Below, in pieces: positions 1-11,663 of a stretch of 64,000 nucleotides of DNA. Made by a program: the position numbers and the translations under genes. A model generated the notes under the pieces. It ran no database searches. It saw only the letters and a list, made by a program, of their open reading frames with translations, and was not told where the DNA came from. Within the stretch, counting starts at the first letter, position 1; every line of letters starts with the position of its first letter. The DNA lies in the NCBI GenBank assembly GCA_963765895.1, contig CAVXZB010000084.1, positions 32,001-96,000 on the forward strand. Reading direction: 5' to 3'. This DNA comes from an uncultured Nitrososphaeraceae archaeon. Lineage in GTDB: Archaea > Thermoproteota > Nitrososphaeria > Nitrososphaerales > Nitrososphaeraceae.

Positions 1-211
1 ACTATACTATAAAGATATATGAATAAATCAAAATAATGGGATTTGGCATTAAAAAGTTACTAATGAGATGCTAATCACTAGTTGTGTCGCCTAGAATTAT
101 TTGCTATTAACGTTCAACTTACACTAAATGATCAAGAGGATAGAATTCAACGAAGAATAGTTTTGATTTTCATTTCCCAAATTTTGGGTATAAAAACTAT
201 TAATTAATCAG

Positions 212-2023
212 TTAGCTAGTTATGTTGCCATTGGCTGGTACACTAAATCCAAAGGTAGCTCCATTTTCGCTAGTATTATTCACGGCCCATATTCTGCCAC
301 CATGAGCTTCAATAATACTTTTTGAAATATACAAGCCCAAGCCTATACCATGTAATGATTTAGTTGCAAATTTCGTAAATAGTCGAGGCATCATCTCTAA
401 ATCAATTCCCTTACCACTATCCTTTACTATGATAATCCATTCCTTTGTATGTGTATTCTGAGTCTTTCTTGATACTGATATAGTTATTAAGCCGTCTTTT
501 GTAAAATTGAATGCATTATCTAATAAATTTTGAATAACTTGGCTAATTCTTTGTCTATCCCCAAGGACGGAAGCATTCTCGACATTACATTCAAATGATA
601 TTTCAGGCCTATTTACAAGCCCAGCTTGGTCTTTTCTATAATCATCTAATAAGCCATTAATTATACTTACTAAATCAAACACTTCACTTCTCAGTTCTAA
701 TGAATTACCATCAATCCTAGATACATCTAGTATATCCTCGGTAAGATGTTTCAAACGACGAGCATTTCTTCCTATAACGGGAATAATTTCTTTATACTGT
801 TCAATATTACCATTCTTATTTTCCAAAATATCTGTTAAACCCAATATCGGTTGAATAGGTGTTCTCAATTCATAAGCCGCCACATTAATAAACTCTTCTT
901 GTAGGGTGTCGTGAAGTTGGAGCTTTTTAATTAGTATCTCTTGTTGTTTATTTGATTCCTTGACTTGTTCATATAGATCAACTTGAGCCCACAATGAGTC
1001 AAGTATTGAAACGTAAGAAGATACGGTAGATTTACTGTTGGAGTACGAAGTCAAGCCTATCGCTTCTACAGAGGTATCTTTGCTGTCATCTTTTAATTCC
1101 GCGACTAAAGAGTATTTTCTATCGACAACCAACATCGAAACTTTAGTCTGTAATTGAGGTTGAATAAATCGAATTCTTAATTTATTTATATTATTCGGAT
1201 GATCGTCCTGCTTCTGCTTGTCCTTATCATGGTTAACCATATTACCATTTGTGCTAGCCTTACTGTTATCATCGGCTCCTAGTTCTTCTTTCATAATCTT
1301 CTCTACCTTTTCGTCGAAGGGTGTAAGAATTCTAACTTTTAGTCCCCGAAGGCTTGCCTTTTTCAGTAATCTTACTGCTCCTGACTCTGTCTGACGTCGG
1401 AATGCATTTGCGGTTGAAAACATGCCAAGTATTTCTTTGTTTGCTCCATTGATAAGCTCAAAAACGAGTTTCTGTACTTCATATGGATCTCTGATTGTCT
1501 TTATAAAATCTGGCTTTATCCCCTCTTTTATCTCTCTAATCCTTTCGTCAGCAGTCTCTGCTTTATTCCAAAGCATATCAAAGAAATATTGTTGCTGTTC
1601 CACGAATGAACTGATATTACAATAAATAATTTTCGGAGCGATTTTTGTTTGACCATCAAAAACTACTGGTGCAAGGTATTCTGATTCACTTATCATAAAA
1701 TTGTTCATGAATCCTTCTAGATGTCTAACCTCCTCTACAATATCCATCAGCTCATGACTACACCTTAAATTGTCCTTAGTAATTTCGGTAAGATATCTTA
1801 TCTTGACTCCTCTCCTTTTAGCATCCATAAGAGATTTCTTAATGGCCTCTGTTCTAATTGCTAATAACAAATTGGTATAATTCATACACGTATCTACGTT
1901 TCTTTTTGCGTTCAACAGGAAACGTAATTCAGCCTCTATTACCCTTTTAGAACCATGATACACTTTTGTTCTATTGGTAGTTTCTCCTGTGGTAGAAGGT
2001 GAGGAGGTAATGGATGCTTCCAA
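212..2023 (-). CDS. Thaumarchaeal-type sensor histidine kinase (two TrmB/PLD-like N-terminal domains, HisKA, HATPase); H-box His replaced by Tyr
   Basis: Motifs AAYELRTPIQPI, NLLDNAFNFT, DSGKGI, GIGLGLYISKSIIEAHGG. Confidence 0.9.
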   Translation of the reverse strand: MEASITSSPSTTGETTNRTKVYHGSKRVIEAELRFLLNAKRNVDTCMNYTNLLLAIRTEAIKKSLMDAKRRGVKIRYLTEITKDNLRCSHELMDIVEEVRHLEGFMNNFMISESEYLAPVVFDGQTKIAPKIIYCNISSFVEQQQYFFDMLWNKAETADERIREIKEGIKPDFIKTIRDPYEVQKLVFELINGANKEILGMFSTANAFRRQTESGAVRLLKKASLRGLKVRILTPFDEKVEKIMKEELGADDNSKASTNGNMVNHDKDKQKQDDHPNNINKLRIRFIQPQLQTKVSMLVVDRKYSLVAELKDDSKDTSVEAIGLTSYSNSKSTVSSYVSILDSLWAQVDLYEQVKESNKQQEILIKKLQLHDTLQEEFINVAAYELRTPIQPILGLTDILENKNGNIEQYKEIIPVIGRNARRLKHLTEDILDVSRIDGNSLELRSEVFDLVSIINGLLDDYRKDQAGLVNRPEISFECNVENASVLGDRQRISQVIQNLLDNAFNFTKDGLITISVSRKTQNTHTKEWIIIVKDSGKGIDLEMMPRLFTKFATKSLHGIGLGLYISKSIIEAHGGRIWAVNNTSENGATFGFSVPANGNITS

Positions 2024-2074
2024 ATCACACCCAAATAATAAGATTATGTGAATATAAAAAGAGTAGGGTTAATG

Positions 2075-3022
2075 GGCTATGTAGAAAACATCATCAATAT
2101 TACAAGATTAGTCAGTCTATGCATATTGTAGGTGATACATCTAAATGATAACTCTCTGTTCTGCATTCTAGTCAATCTAGACATAAGATTCTCTCCAAAT
2201 AGTCGTTTTATAACTGATATTATGGTTTCATCTTTGTTTCGTTGATTGTACAGCAATTTGGAGTAACCACGCTTCATCTGCTTTCTGTACTTACCATGTG
2301 TTCTCCACATCGGTACATGTTCATATCGAGCAGGAATAATACTGAATGCATGTAAGTCCTCTCTTACGAGAAGGTGATTATCTTCACTATCGTAACCCTT
2401 ATCAGCTGTAACTACGGATAATGGAAGAATATTTGATGTCCTTGTTATAATTGGCCTGAAATCTACATTATCATGCCTTGTTGGAGCTCGTCTTATCTTA
2501 ATTGTACATATGATTTGTTGTAATACATCTACTCCAATAGATAATTTCGCATATTTTCTTCTCAATTCTGTTCGATCAGTATAATATTGTGATGCATGAG
2601 TTATCTTAAATCCTGTTGAATCTATTCCTGCAAAGATATGCTTGGTACAGCTAATTACAATGAATGACGAAATTATCTTTTCAAGCAATGAATTATTGAT
2701 TCTATCTGTAAACTTTTGCAATGTTGTAAAATGAGGAATACGTGACAACCGTAGAAATGACCTTAGGTAATAGGCTTCAATTAACCACTCGACAAACATT
2801 CTATAACTCTTACCTTCATACTGTCGTATAGCAACTAGAACTATGTGCTGCCATATTGTAAATATGTGATTACTTTTCCTGTTAGAAAATAGAGGAATCC
2901 TTGCATGCTTCAAAACACGGAACATAGTACCTGCAAGTCTGACGTACATTGATTCTTTCAATAGACTATTGGTATTATACTCTTACAAAGCTTTGACTGT
3001 ATGAGATGGTTTCTACACAGCC
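2075..3022 (-). mobile_element. IS5-family insertion sequence, apparently intact
   Basis: 18-bp TIRs GGCTATGTAGAAAACATC (2075-2092) and GATGGTTTCTACACAGCC (3005-3022), 2 mismatches; 8-bp TSD GGTTAATG at 2067-2074 and 3023-3030. Confidence 0.92.
2077..2961 (-). CDS. IS5-family DDE transposase
   Basis: IDSTG, ADKGYDSE and YNQRNKDETIIS motifs; stop codon lies inside the TIR. Confidence 0.92.
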   Translation of the reverse strand: MKESMYVRLAGTMFRVLKHARIPLFSNRKSNHIFTIWQHIVLVAIRQYEGKSYRMFVEWLIEAYYLRSFLRLSRIPHFTTLQKFTDRINNSLLEKIISSFIVISCTKHIFAGIDSTGFKITHASQYYTDRTELRRKYAKLSIGVDVLQQIICTIKIRRAPTRHDNVDFRPIITRTSNILPLSVVTADKGYDSEDNHLLVREDLHAFSIIPARYEHVPMWRTHGKYRKQMKRGYSKLLYNQRNKDETIISVIKRLFGENLMSRLTRMQNRELSFRCITYNMHRLTNLVILMMFST

Positions 3023-3112
3023 GGTTAATGATTAAATGAAACTAATGTTTCAGCTGACGATGAATAGTATAGGTACAAGCCCATAATCGAGTTTAAGTTA
3101 AGAAGTTATGAA

Positions 3113-3800
3113 GTAGCCATAGCATTATGCCATGTGGATATGACTTCCTGGCTAAATAAATACTTAGACCTTTAGCATTTGGTAATCTCTAACTACACAA
3201 AGTGATTGTCAGAATCGACAGGAAGTGACATAAAGGCAAAATGATTCAATGCAGAATCAATACAAAACAGAAAGAAATCAAGCTGCACAGAGTAAGGGGA
3301 GTTGGAAATCATCTGACTGTATTAGAAGAATTATGAAGTGCTCAGTTTGATTACAGACGAGAAAGAACTGAGAAATTATTGCTGGTACTCGTCAGGGTGC
3401 ATGAGTAAGTAGAGGATTGATTGAGTCCATCTGCAGAAGGACAGTAAAATAAGAACTCGTCCAGTTTGGCCTGCTTTTTTTACTGCCACATGCCGGCAAA
3501 GCAATTGTCTAATTGTAACTAATTTCAGAAGATAACTTACAATCAGCACCTTTCATATATCTCCACGGGTAACGATTTGCCCTAATCCTGACTAGTCGTT
3601 CTACACCCTCTTATCGAATGCTGGGTAGAAACCAAGGTGTTAACGCACTCGACTCCATCTATCTGTTCCAGCTTGTGACGTGGTTCGAGACATATTTGGT
3701 ATGCTTCTTTTAGAATTAAGTATTACCATCTAGTCGCATTTCGCCGGCTTCCTGACAATATTGTGAAGAGCCTGCCATCAGAATACTAACACTTATTGAG
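3113..3800 (-). pseudogene. Decayed copy of a multi-copy gene of unknown function
   Basis: Similar to 32203-32420, 37772-37942, 38276-38390 and 42326-42447; differences are often synonymous in minus-strand frames (YPHG.MLW, ERLVRI.ANRYP). Confidence 0.65.
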
Positions 3801-3985
3801 CTTATAATGTGGGTAGATCTAAGGATAGTTCGAATAACTACGGGTGTATCTTGGGATTAATAGTCGCCATCAACATGAACCAATACCAAACCAAGATCAC
3901 GAAGAGTAAGACTTGGAATTAGGCAGAAAAATAAAATAGTAGTTTATTTGGAAATAAACGTTTAGAAACCTTTTGTTTACGAAAA

Positions 3986-4201
3986 GTGTTTCACTATATT
4001 ATGAACAAAATCGTCACGGTAAGTGTGGTTATCCTCGCAGGCTTGGTACTGTTGGGCGGTATGACACATGGTAACACAGTGTACGCAAACGAAAGCGAAA
4101 AAGAGCATTGCTCAGACAAATATCTGCCTCAAGATGAGACTAGATTTCATATACTACCCTGTGACGATATAGGAATTCCGAATAATCATGACGGACAGTA
4201 G
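3986..4201 (+). CDS. Small secreted protein with two Cys
   Basis: MNKIVTVSVVILAGLVLLGG...VYA signal peptide (likely start ~4001). Confidence 0.6.
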   Translation: MFHYIMNKIVTVSVVILAGLVLLGGMTHGNTVYANESEKEHCSDKYLPQDETRFHILPCDDIGIPNNHDGQ

Positions 4202-5056
4202 AATCTATGACTTGTACAAATAGAGAAATAAAATAGTAGTTTTTTCAGAAATAAGAATATCCTTTTTCTCTCTGCTACATAATCATTCCTATGACTAGTG
4301 AGATATGAAGAGTACTATTGAAGCGGGATGATTATCTAGCCGGCTAGGGTGAGGTGTATAATGCCGAATATGACTTTGGACATGATTCTGATGACGCCGG
4401 CGTTAACTTCATATTTCTTTGTCGGTCTTCGTCCATAATCATCGTTAGTATAACTTGCATTGTTTTAGTTCTGTCATGTTCTCTTCTACTATTCTCATAT
4501 TGTGTTTTTCTGGGTCAATCTCCTTCTGTTTCTTTTCGATTTGTTTTTAGTTATTTTTTAATTTCGTGTGAAGTTAATTCTTTACCTTTCGACAATATTA
4601 CAGGTTAAGAATGGCATTGAATTTCTATAGGTTGTAGAACTTTTAGTAGAGGGAGACTGGCTGATTCATTGATAGGCAACTGGTATAGCCCTAGTTGCTT
4701 TCTATCATTCTACTATCGTGGTCGATCATTCCTTTCGATTTTTAGCATTTTAGCATTTTTGCATAGCAGGACTAGTATTTACGATTTTATAGAAAGAAAG
4801 TGATTTTGATCTCATTAGCAAGTCAGTATACCTACAAGTAATACATGACCTACAATCCATGCAGACTGACCTGCTAATCTGCTGATCAAGATCACATACC
4901 AACTAGACCAAAGTCTTTTTGGTACATCATTATTACGTATTGATAGGTGTTAAAAGTTACGTATACACCATGTGCATGTGCATACATATAGTTAGCATAT
5001 TTAGGAAACTCTTCGTCAGAGTACAGGGAAGAATGTTTCATTTAGCAGAATGCTTT

Positions 5057-5314
5057 TCAATGGCGAATGTTACTTATTATCGAACTTTCTTCGCCATAGA
5101 CTGATCTAATTTTGGCGTTTATGGCGTCGATAATAATACTTGGATTCAGTCGTTTTATTGGCGATATTGTAGTTGTATTGCTGTAGTTTGTTTGTTGTAT
5201 TGTAGTTGTATTCTGGGCATATACAGTGATTATTGCCGGTACTGACGAGACCACGATAGCAACTACAATATTGACAATTGTTGTTATTATAATGAAAATT
5301 ACGGATTTCCTCAT
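5057..5314 (-). CDS. Small secreted/membrane protein, possibly truncated
   Basis: Hydrophobic N-terminus ending VYA, followed by NTT sequons. Confidence 0.5.
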   Translation of the reverse strand: MRKSVIFIIITTIVNIVVAIVVSSVPAIITVYAQNTTTIQQTNYSNTTTISPIKRLNPSIIIDAINAKIRSVYGEESSIISNIRH

Positions 5315-6450
5315 ATAAAAGTAGGCAATACTAACTATTTATCGATTTGATATAAAATGACAGGTTAGACTTTCTAATTTCCAGAAAAATTAACTTCGTA
5401 ATTTTATTTCGACTATTAAGACTAAAATACAATCGCCAGCATTGTCACTAGGAATGCTACAGTAGTGTCAACTATCAGGATAATATTTTTTTGCAGTCTG
5501 GCCTAGACTACCAAATGAAATAATACACAATACTAGACTCTGGAATAAACAATTTGTTGATTAGCAATGGACTATTAGACAAAGATTGATAGGCAAAAGT
5601 CTGCTAGGCAATGTAGCATTGATTAGGAATAGTGTCCATTATAGATATACTGATCGTGTAGTCCAGAACAATGCCCTGACGATTCATCACGACCATGGAC
5701 CCTAGTACCTCATAGATTGGTTGAAATATCCTCTCGAGTCGGGGATTCCTCATTGGCCGTTGTTTCGTTTTAGGTTATACAAATCATGATCGGTTTGTGG
5801 GTATCTCTCATTGGTGAGGGTTTTGGATTATTTACCCAGTACCAATTACCAAATCGAGTTTTCAATCATTTTAAACGATGACGATCAGTAGATATTTGCC
5901 TCAAGAATAATATCTTGTCATTAGGCTCGGAGTTCAGTTGGCCATTCCACTCAGACACGACTGAATTCCACCTAACGACAGCTTTATAGTTTGTTACTAA
6001 GTTGTGGCTTGGATAGATTGACATGTAGTTAGTTGGTAAATTTACCGTTTGATGTGGCCACGGGAATATCAGAGCTAATCATATATGCTTTGTTCATACA
6101 TTTTCTAGGCTTAGATTTTAGAAATACCGCAAAAACAATAGATAGATGTTGCACTTACACAGATAGGTTACATTTTCGATTACCTACATGGGTTACACAC
6201 TGCTGCCTTAGTTCTTGTACGTATGGTGGATGTAATTAATCTTTGTAGAAACATCTCTGATGGAGTAAGGCCGTACCCACTAAATAGATATTTTGACCCT
6301 GATATTTTGTCCCATGAAGGAATGAACTCGTTAACCTCTTTATCGACTAACAGAGACCAACGGATGAGCAACCACCTCCAATCATCTACCAGTGGAACGA
6401 ATATTCCTATCATTATACATAAGTCTGAAGAACAAACTAGGATAATCAAA

Positions 6451-7545
6451 TCAAGCAGGGATTGTTATAGTTATTTCTGAATGACCACCTGAATCAGGGG
6501 CCATATTGCTTTTGTTTCCTTTTATTGCATCAGTTACTACTAAATAAATTATCGTATGATCTGATTTCGTAGGTGCATTTCTGGTATTAATTGCGTTTTG
6601 TATTACTTTTGTTGTCTGCTTTATCCAATTGTACTTATGTGGCATAGGTGTGGAGGTATCTACATAGTTACCGATTACCTTCACCGGACCAGTCACACCA
6701 TATTGTTTTAATCCACTAATATAGTCAGTCCCAGTAAATAGATTGTTAATTGTTGTGCTAATATGGGTTAGAGTATTAGAACCTGTTGCATTTGTGCTCC
6801 AGCTTCCGGGTACTCCCCAAAATATTATAAAAATGTCTGCAGATGGAATAACAGGTATTTTATTAGCATTGTGATAATCTCCCTTTCCTGAATATCCGCC
6901 TTTACCTAATCCCGGTATTATACATTCTTTATCTGAATTCGAGTAGTAAGGCGATCCAAATGCTCCATTAGGATATGTTTTTGGCTTTCCATTATTCATG
7001 AAGATATGTTCATCACATGCATCTGATATCTCATAATCACCATTATTAGTCCATCCAGCAGGATCAGTCTTAGGAGTGTATGGATTGGTCATGTCTTCAA
7101 TAGTTTCTTCTGTTGCTGCATAGTATACATCAAATGACTTATACGATACCATTTCCGCGAAAGCCATTCTCGCCTTTATCTGGTTTGTTGCTACGGATCC
7201 AGCTGTCAGATTTGGATGAGATTGAGGATGTTGGGTACATGTAAACACAGGAATACTTGTTGGTGCGGCAGGTTTAGTTAAATCTATTAAATTCGCTTTT
7301 GTAGCATTGGTTATTGGAAGCTTTCGACACGTATCAGCAGCTGCAGTCGTAATAGAAGTAAATCCTGTACCAAATGGGAGTCTGAAAGGGCTATAATTAA
7401 TCCCCGTGTCAGTGGATTTATTGCCATACGTTACAGTAGACGAAGCGCTCTGACTATATGTGACAAGGGATAATAAAACTATTACCATGACAAAGAACGA
7501 AGTTATAACCTTATGATGATCCGATACAAGATTCTGAAGGCACAT
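6451..7545 (-). CDS. Secreted protein with Phi-1/EXORDIUM-like motifs
   Basis: Signal anchor; motifs IFIIFWG..W, YISGLKQYGV, EDMTNP..GW..EISDAC. Confidence 0.55.
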   Translation of the reverse strand: MCLQNLVSDHHKVITSFFVMVIVLLSLVTYSQSASSTVTYGNKSTDTGINYSPFRLPFGTGFTSITTAAADTCRKLPITNATKANLIDLTKPAAPTSIPVFTCTQHPQSHPNLTAGSVATNQIKARMAFAEMVSYKSFDVYYAATEETIEDMTNPYTPKTDPAGWTNNGDYEISDACDEHIFMNNGKPKTYPNGAFGSPYYSNSDKECIIPGLGKGGYSGKGDYHNANKIPVIPSADIFIIFWGVPGSWSTNATGSNTLTHISTTINNLFTGTDYISGLKQYGVTGPVKVIGNYVDTSTPMPHKYNWIKQTTKVIQNAINTRNAPTKSDHTIIYLVVTDAIKGNKSNMAPDSGGHSEITITIPA

Positions 7546-10182
7546 TATTATTATTGCAACCTATTCCTACTACTTAATAAGAAATTAGAAATAATACAAT
7601 AGAAATTATTCAGTAAGGAATCTGCTGTATGTTGTAAATTTATACAATTCAGATTTTCCTTTACCCTAATCAATACTTTAATTGGTATGAGAAGAAGCTA
7701 AATTTGGTATATGCATCGTTCTCAAAACCGGTACTGAGACAGTCTTATATTGTTATATAATAATCCTGTATAACAGACCACTCTATGATTAATTCTACTC
7801 CAGATTGACTTCATGATGATTCTTCAGTTGCGCATATGTCTTGTTACTCGAATCCATTTAATGTATTTTCTGACTTTAATATATCCAACAGATGCAGCGG
7901 GTGCAATATAACGTGTTAAAAATGAGTTCCTCTCCGTAATTACGGAGATTGGCAGTCTTTTATAAGGATGTCTTGATTATATCTGGATAGAAAATAAGAT
8001 TTTGTAGATTCAGAATCAATCTCAGACTTTATTCTAGCTCACTGCTATCTTCAAAATTATAAAACTTCGATGCTAGTTTGAAAACATCAAATATATCGTT
8101 ATAAGACGTAGCTGCTTTTATTTAGTGTTCCACCATTATGGAACTGGATGCTTCTATCAAGGGTAAAGATAAGGACAGTACAATTTCAAAGTTGTTAGAA
8201 AATGCTATCAACTATATCAATGTTAAAGGAATATTTACTGAGTTTTGACGTTTATGGATCGTTAAAGAGGCCTAGTATCATTTGCCCGAAAAAAGTAATA
8301 TTATATTGCTACTGTCGTTATTGGTGCTATTTTTGCCAGTCATTTCTTGCTTCAATCTCACGCTCTGATTCGAATAGATACCTAAACCAGTCTTTTGTTA
8401 TTCTACAAGAGACCAATCCCTATACTATGGCTAGAGTCTAAATGACTAATCCGTTCGCTCCTTTTTCTAAGTTGATGACATAGTCTACTGCGGAACTGCT
8501 GCTGTTCTTTTTTCTTTGTATCTGTCTTTGCGCTCGATTGCCTCTATGTTGTATCTTTTCGGTTGGTCTTTAGGTGATAAATAACTACTGCCGCTATTAT
8601 TGTTATTATTATTATCGCTAGCCATTTATTTAGTAACCGTATTCCCCCCATATTGATGGGAGCCCGTGAATAGTATGCGCCTAATCTCAGACTAAGACTT
8701 CCGTCCATAGCGGCATTATGACTTCCTTGATATGTCCAGAGTGTTTAAACAAATAATTCTTCTGACATTTCGAACACTGAAAAGACCTAAAAGGGTCGCT
8801 AGAGGCAAACCGAATAAGAGGCACAGGCTTGAAGAATTAGTAAACGAACAGAGGTCTTCTATAATCGTATGTATACGAATATCCATCAGGGGGATTGACC
8901 TCGGCAACTGCATCAATAGCACTAAAGATAAAACACACAACTCGTAACATGGGCGTATAACCACAGAACTAGGAGGAGATCAGAACTCGTGGATAAGTAT
9001 AGGAGACTTCAGAAACCAAATACCTGCAAGTGGGAAGATGGTCACTACAGATAACATGAACACATCAATAATACAGATACAGTCAATAGGTAGAGGAGTT
9101 GGCGAGGATAACGAATAGTTCTCACAATACGCCAGCAATTAAAGAAGTCGAGACGAACAAGCCGGCCCTATATCATTCAGCAGACCTAGCACATACATTC
9201 CTCTAACCTATGAAAAGCCCTGAATTCATTTACCGTGCGTGTGTAGCTGAAAAGTCAGTAGACATTTATCGTATCATATAACGTACTTTCAATTCTCAAA
9301 GAGGGTTTGCCTATGATAAGATGATTATATTCATCGTATTGTTGATATAATTTTATGTGCTTAATTAATACTGTAATTTACTTCTTTTGAAACCATTACA
9401 GGGGCAATAATCAATTGTATAAATGCTCTTTATGTGGCTCTCTTCATATGTATCCATCAATTTTGAATCAGCATGACAAACTGCTTTTCTTAAGTTAACT
9501 ACGCCGTCCTCGTCAAATCCTAGAGTATGATTTCTTCTTCTGTGTCCACATGAGCACAGTTAATGATCATGTTCTGTAGATACCCTGTGATATCCTCTCG
9601 TTACGTTGTTTTGTCCTGGTTCTTGAGTTTCAAATCTTTCCCATTCTTCCAGTTCTATATTTTCGTCATTTGTCAAGATTGAGTCAATATACTACCAATT
9701 GTTGGATATATTTTTAATTATTAATCTATGCTCTCATTTTCCTGATAGTCATATAGGCACAAGTAGGATTTGGAGCGAGTTTAAAAAAGGCAGGGTCGAA
9801 TGTGGACTATATAACAAAAAAGGTGGGAGCAGCAATATAACAAATAAAACGACTCTAGCACCAAGATTACTGATTAGTCAATAATCACTGTGGTATTTTT
9901 CATTGAGTAAATCGATCCAATGAGCTATAAATGCCAAATGATAAGTATATAGTGAAATGAATCAAGAAATGGAAGATCCTGTAAGAACAGATCTATCTGA
10001 GTTTGGATACATAGAGAAAAAGATGGCGGCAGCAGGACTATTGTACACAGAATTATGTATCAAAGCAATCGGGGCATATGACAAAGAGATGGAAGACAGG
10101 ACTGAGGTAGATACTACAGATAGCAACTATTGTAATATAGTAGACTTGAATGTGATCTCTGCTAGATAGGATATAGCATGAA

Positions 10183-10527
10183 ATGAAGTGCATGTCTATC
10201 AAGCAGCCCTAGGCCGAGCTAATCCTAACTGGAAGAAAAAGAATAGAACTACGAAGCTGGAATATACTGAACAGAGCATCCCATCTGTACATTCATGTTC
10301 CTAACAAGATAGACACAGAAGCCTGCAAGAGATACAGATACGATTCTAGCAAGCTAGCAGGGACCAAACAATCCATCGTAGGTTATATTGTGATTGGCTA
10401 CCTAAAAGAGTACGAGACTATGGAAGAATTTAACAAAGACAAATATGGTTTTGTGATAAATAGTTACAAAAAGATGAAACCTATAAGAAATGTTAAAGGA
10501 CAGCAGAAGGTCTTCATCATTAACTAA
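10183..10527 (+). pseudogene. ASCH-domain protein with one in-frame TAG
   Basis: MKCMSIKQP*AELILTGRKRIELRSW...VKGQQKVF; TAG at 10210-10212, rest of frame open. Confidence 0.8.
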
Positions 10528-10917
10528 TTGTCATGTTAATATCCCTAACGGTCGGTTACCTTCTATAGTATAACTGTATTTCTTATAAGAGATAATATAG
10601 ATATCATTACAACCTTGCTCTTTAATTTCTATCTACTGTATTGAAGTCAGGAACAACTCCTTCCTTCCTCCATATTTTTGTGAACAGTTATCGCATAAAT
10701 AGACTAATTTAGAAATCAGACCTACTTATTCATACTCATTAAACAACAGTATACAAAAGTAAAATCACATTTTTAGGAAGATTATGCTGGATGGAATTAT
10801 CCTAAGCTAGTAATATTAGATTAAAATCCGTTTTCCGATCATAATCAAGTACTCTCAATTATACATACTAATATTTACTGCGAATCGAAACACGGAAACA
10901 ACAAAGGCTGGCTTGCT

Positions 10918-11087
10918 TCACTTCGATATTTGCCCTCTAATCTCCCATTTTGGATTTTGTTGTGTATGAACGTTTGCATGGGCGTTACCATCTTCAATCG
11001 GCTTGACAAGATCTGAGATTTGTTTGTCTTTCAATGGCCCTTCTAGTTTATCAGAAGTAATAGTGCCTTGTACTAATACTTCACTCT
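10918..11087 (-). pseudogene. CHRD-domain C-terminal fragment
   Basis: GTITSDKLEGPL...GNAHANVHTQQNPNG(E)IRGQISK*. Confidence 0.75.
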
Positions 11088-11543
11088 TAGGACCAGAGGA
11101 GATGGCTATACATAGAAGTAATAAGGAAAAAGTTCAATTCGCATATGGAGATAATTATGGAGTTGAAAATATCAGATTGAATAGCATTGAGTAAACCTAT
11201 AACGCTACTGATAGTTTATTGTAAATTAATGTCATGAACAGAATGAATCGTTCGGTAGTCCATGGTAAGAGTGCCACAGATGAAACGGCGTCCAATGTTG
11301 ACTCAGCTGACCTAATCGGCTGCTTGATAAATGCCCTAAGTATAGTCTGAGTACTAGCCGAAGTTCTTGCCTTACTAATTCAAAGAATACAATCACCACA
11401 GGTCGTAAAAATCGACCCATTTACATTCCATAGGAATATTGTGCAATCTTAGGGTTTATTTAGACGGATTTATTCGCGGTATTAGTTACATGAAATAGTC
11501 TTAGAAGAACTCTCAAGAACAGATAGCAAGTTTTGGTGTTTTA

Positions 11544-11663
11544 CTAATATTTGTGTTGATGCTCTTTATCTACATGAACTGTTAGTTCGTGAACATTATC
11601 AAATTCCTTTCCGCATGCCTCACAGACAGGATGATGAGCATGTTCATCAGAAGGCTTGTTCAT
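11544..11663 (-). CDS. 39-aa classical C2H2 zinc-finger microprotein
   Basis: CEACGKEFDNVHELTVHVDKEH matches C-x2-C-x3-F-x5-L-x2-H-x4-H; TATA-like TTATTTAAA upstream. Confidence 0.75.
   Translation of the reverse strand: MNKPSDEHAHHPVCEACGKEFDNVHELTVHVDKEHQHKY

Noticed and set aside
5650-6480. Possible coding remnants on both strands
   Set aside because: No recognisable motif and many stops; I cannot assign a strand or family.
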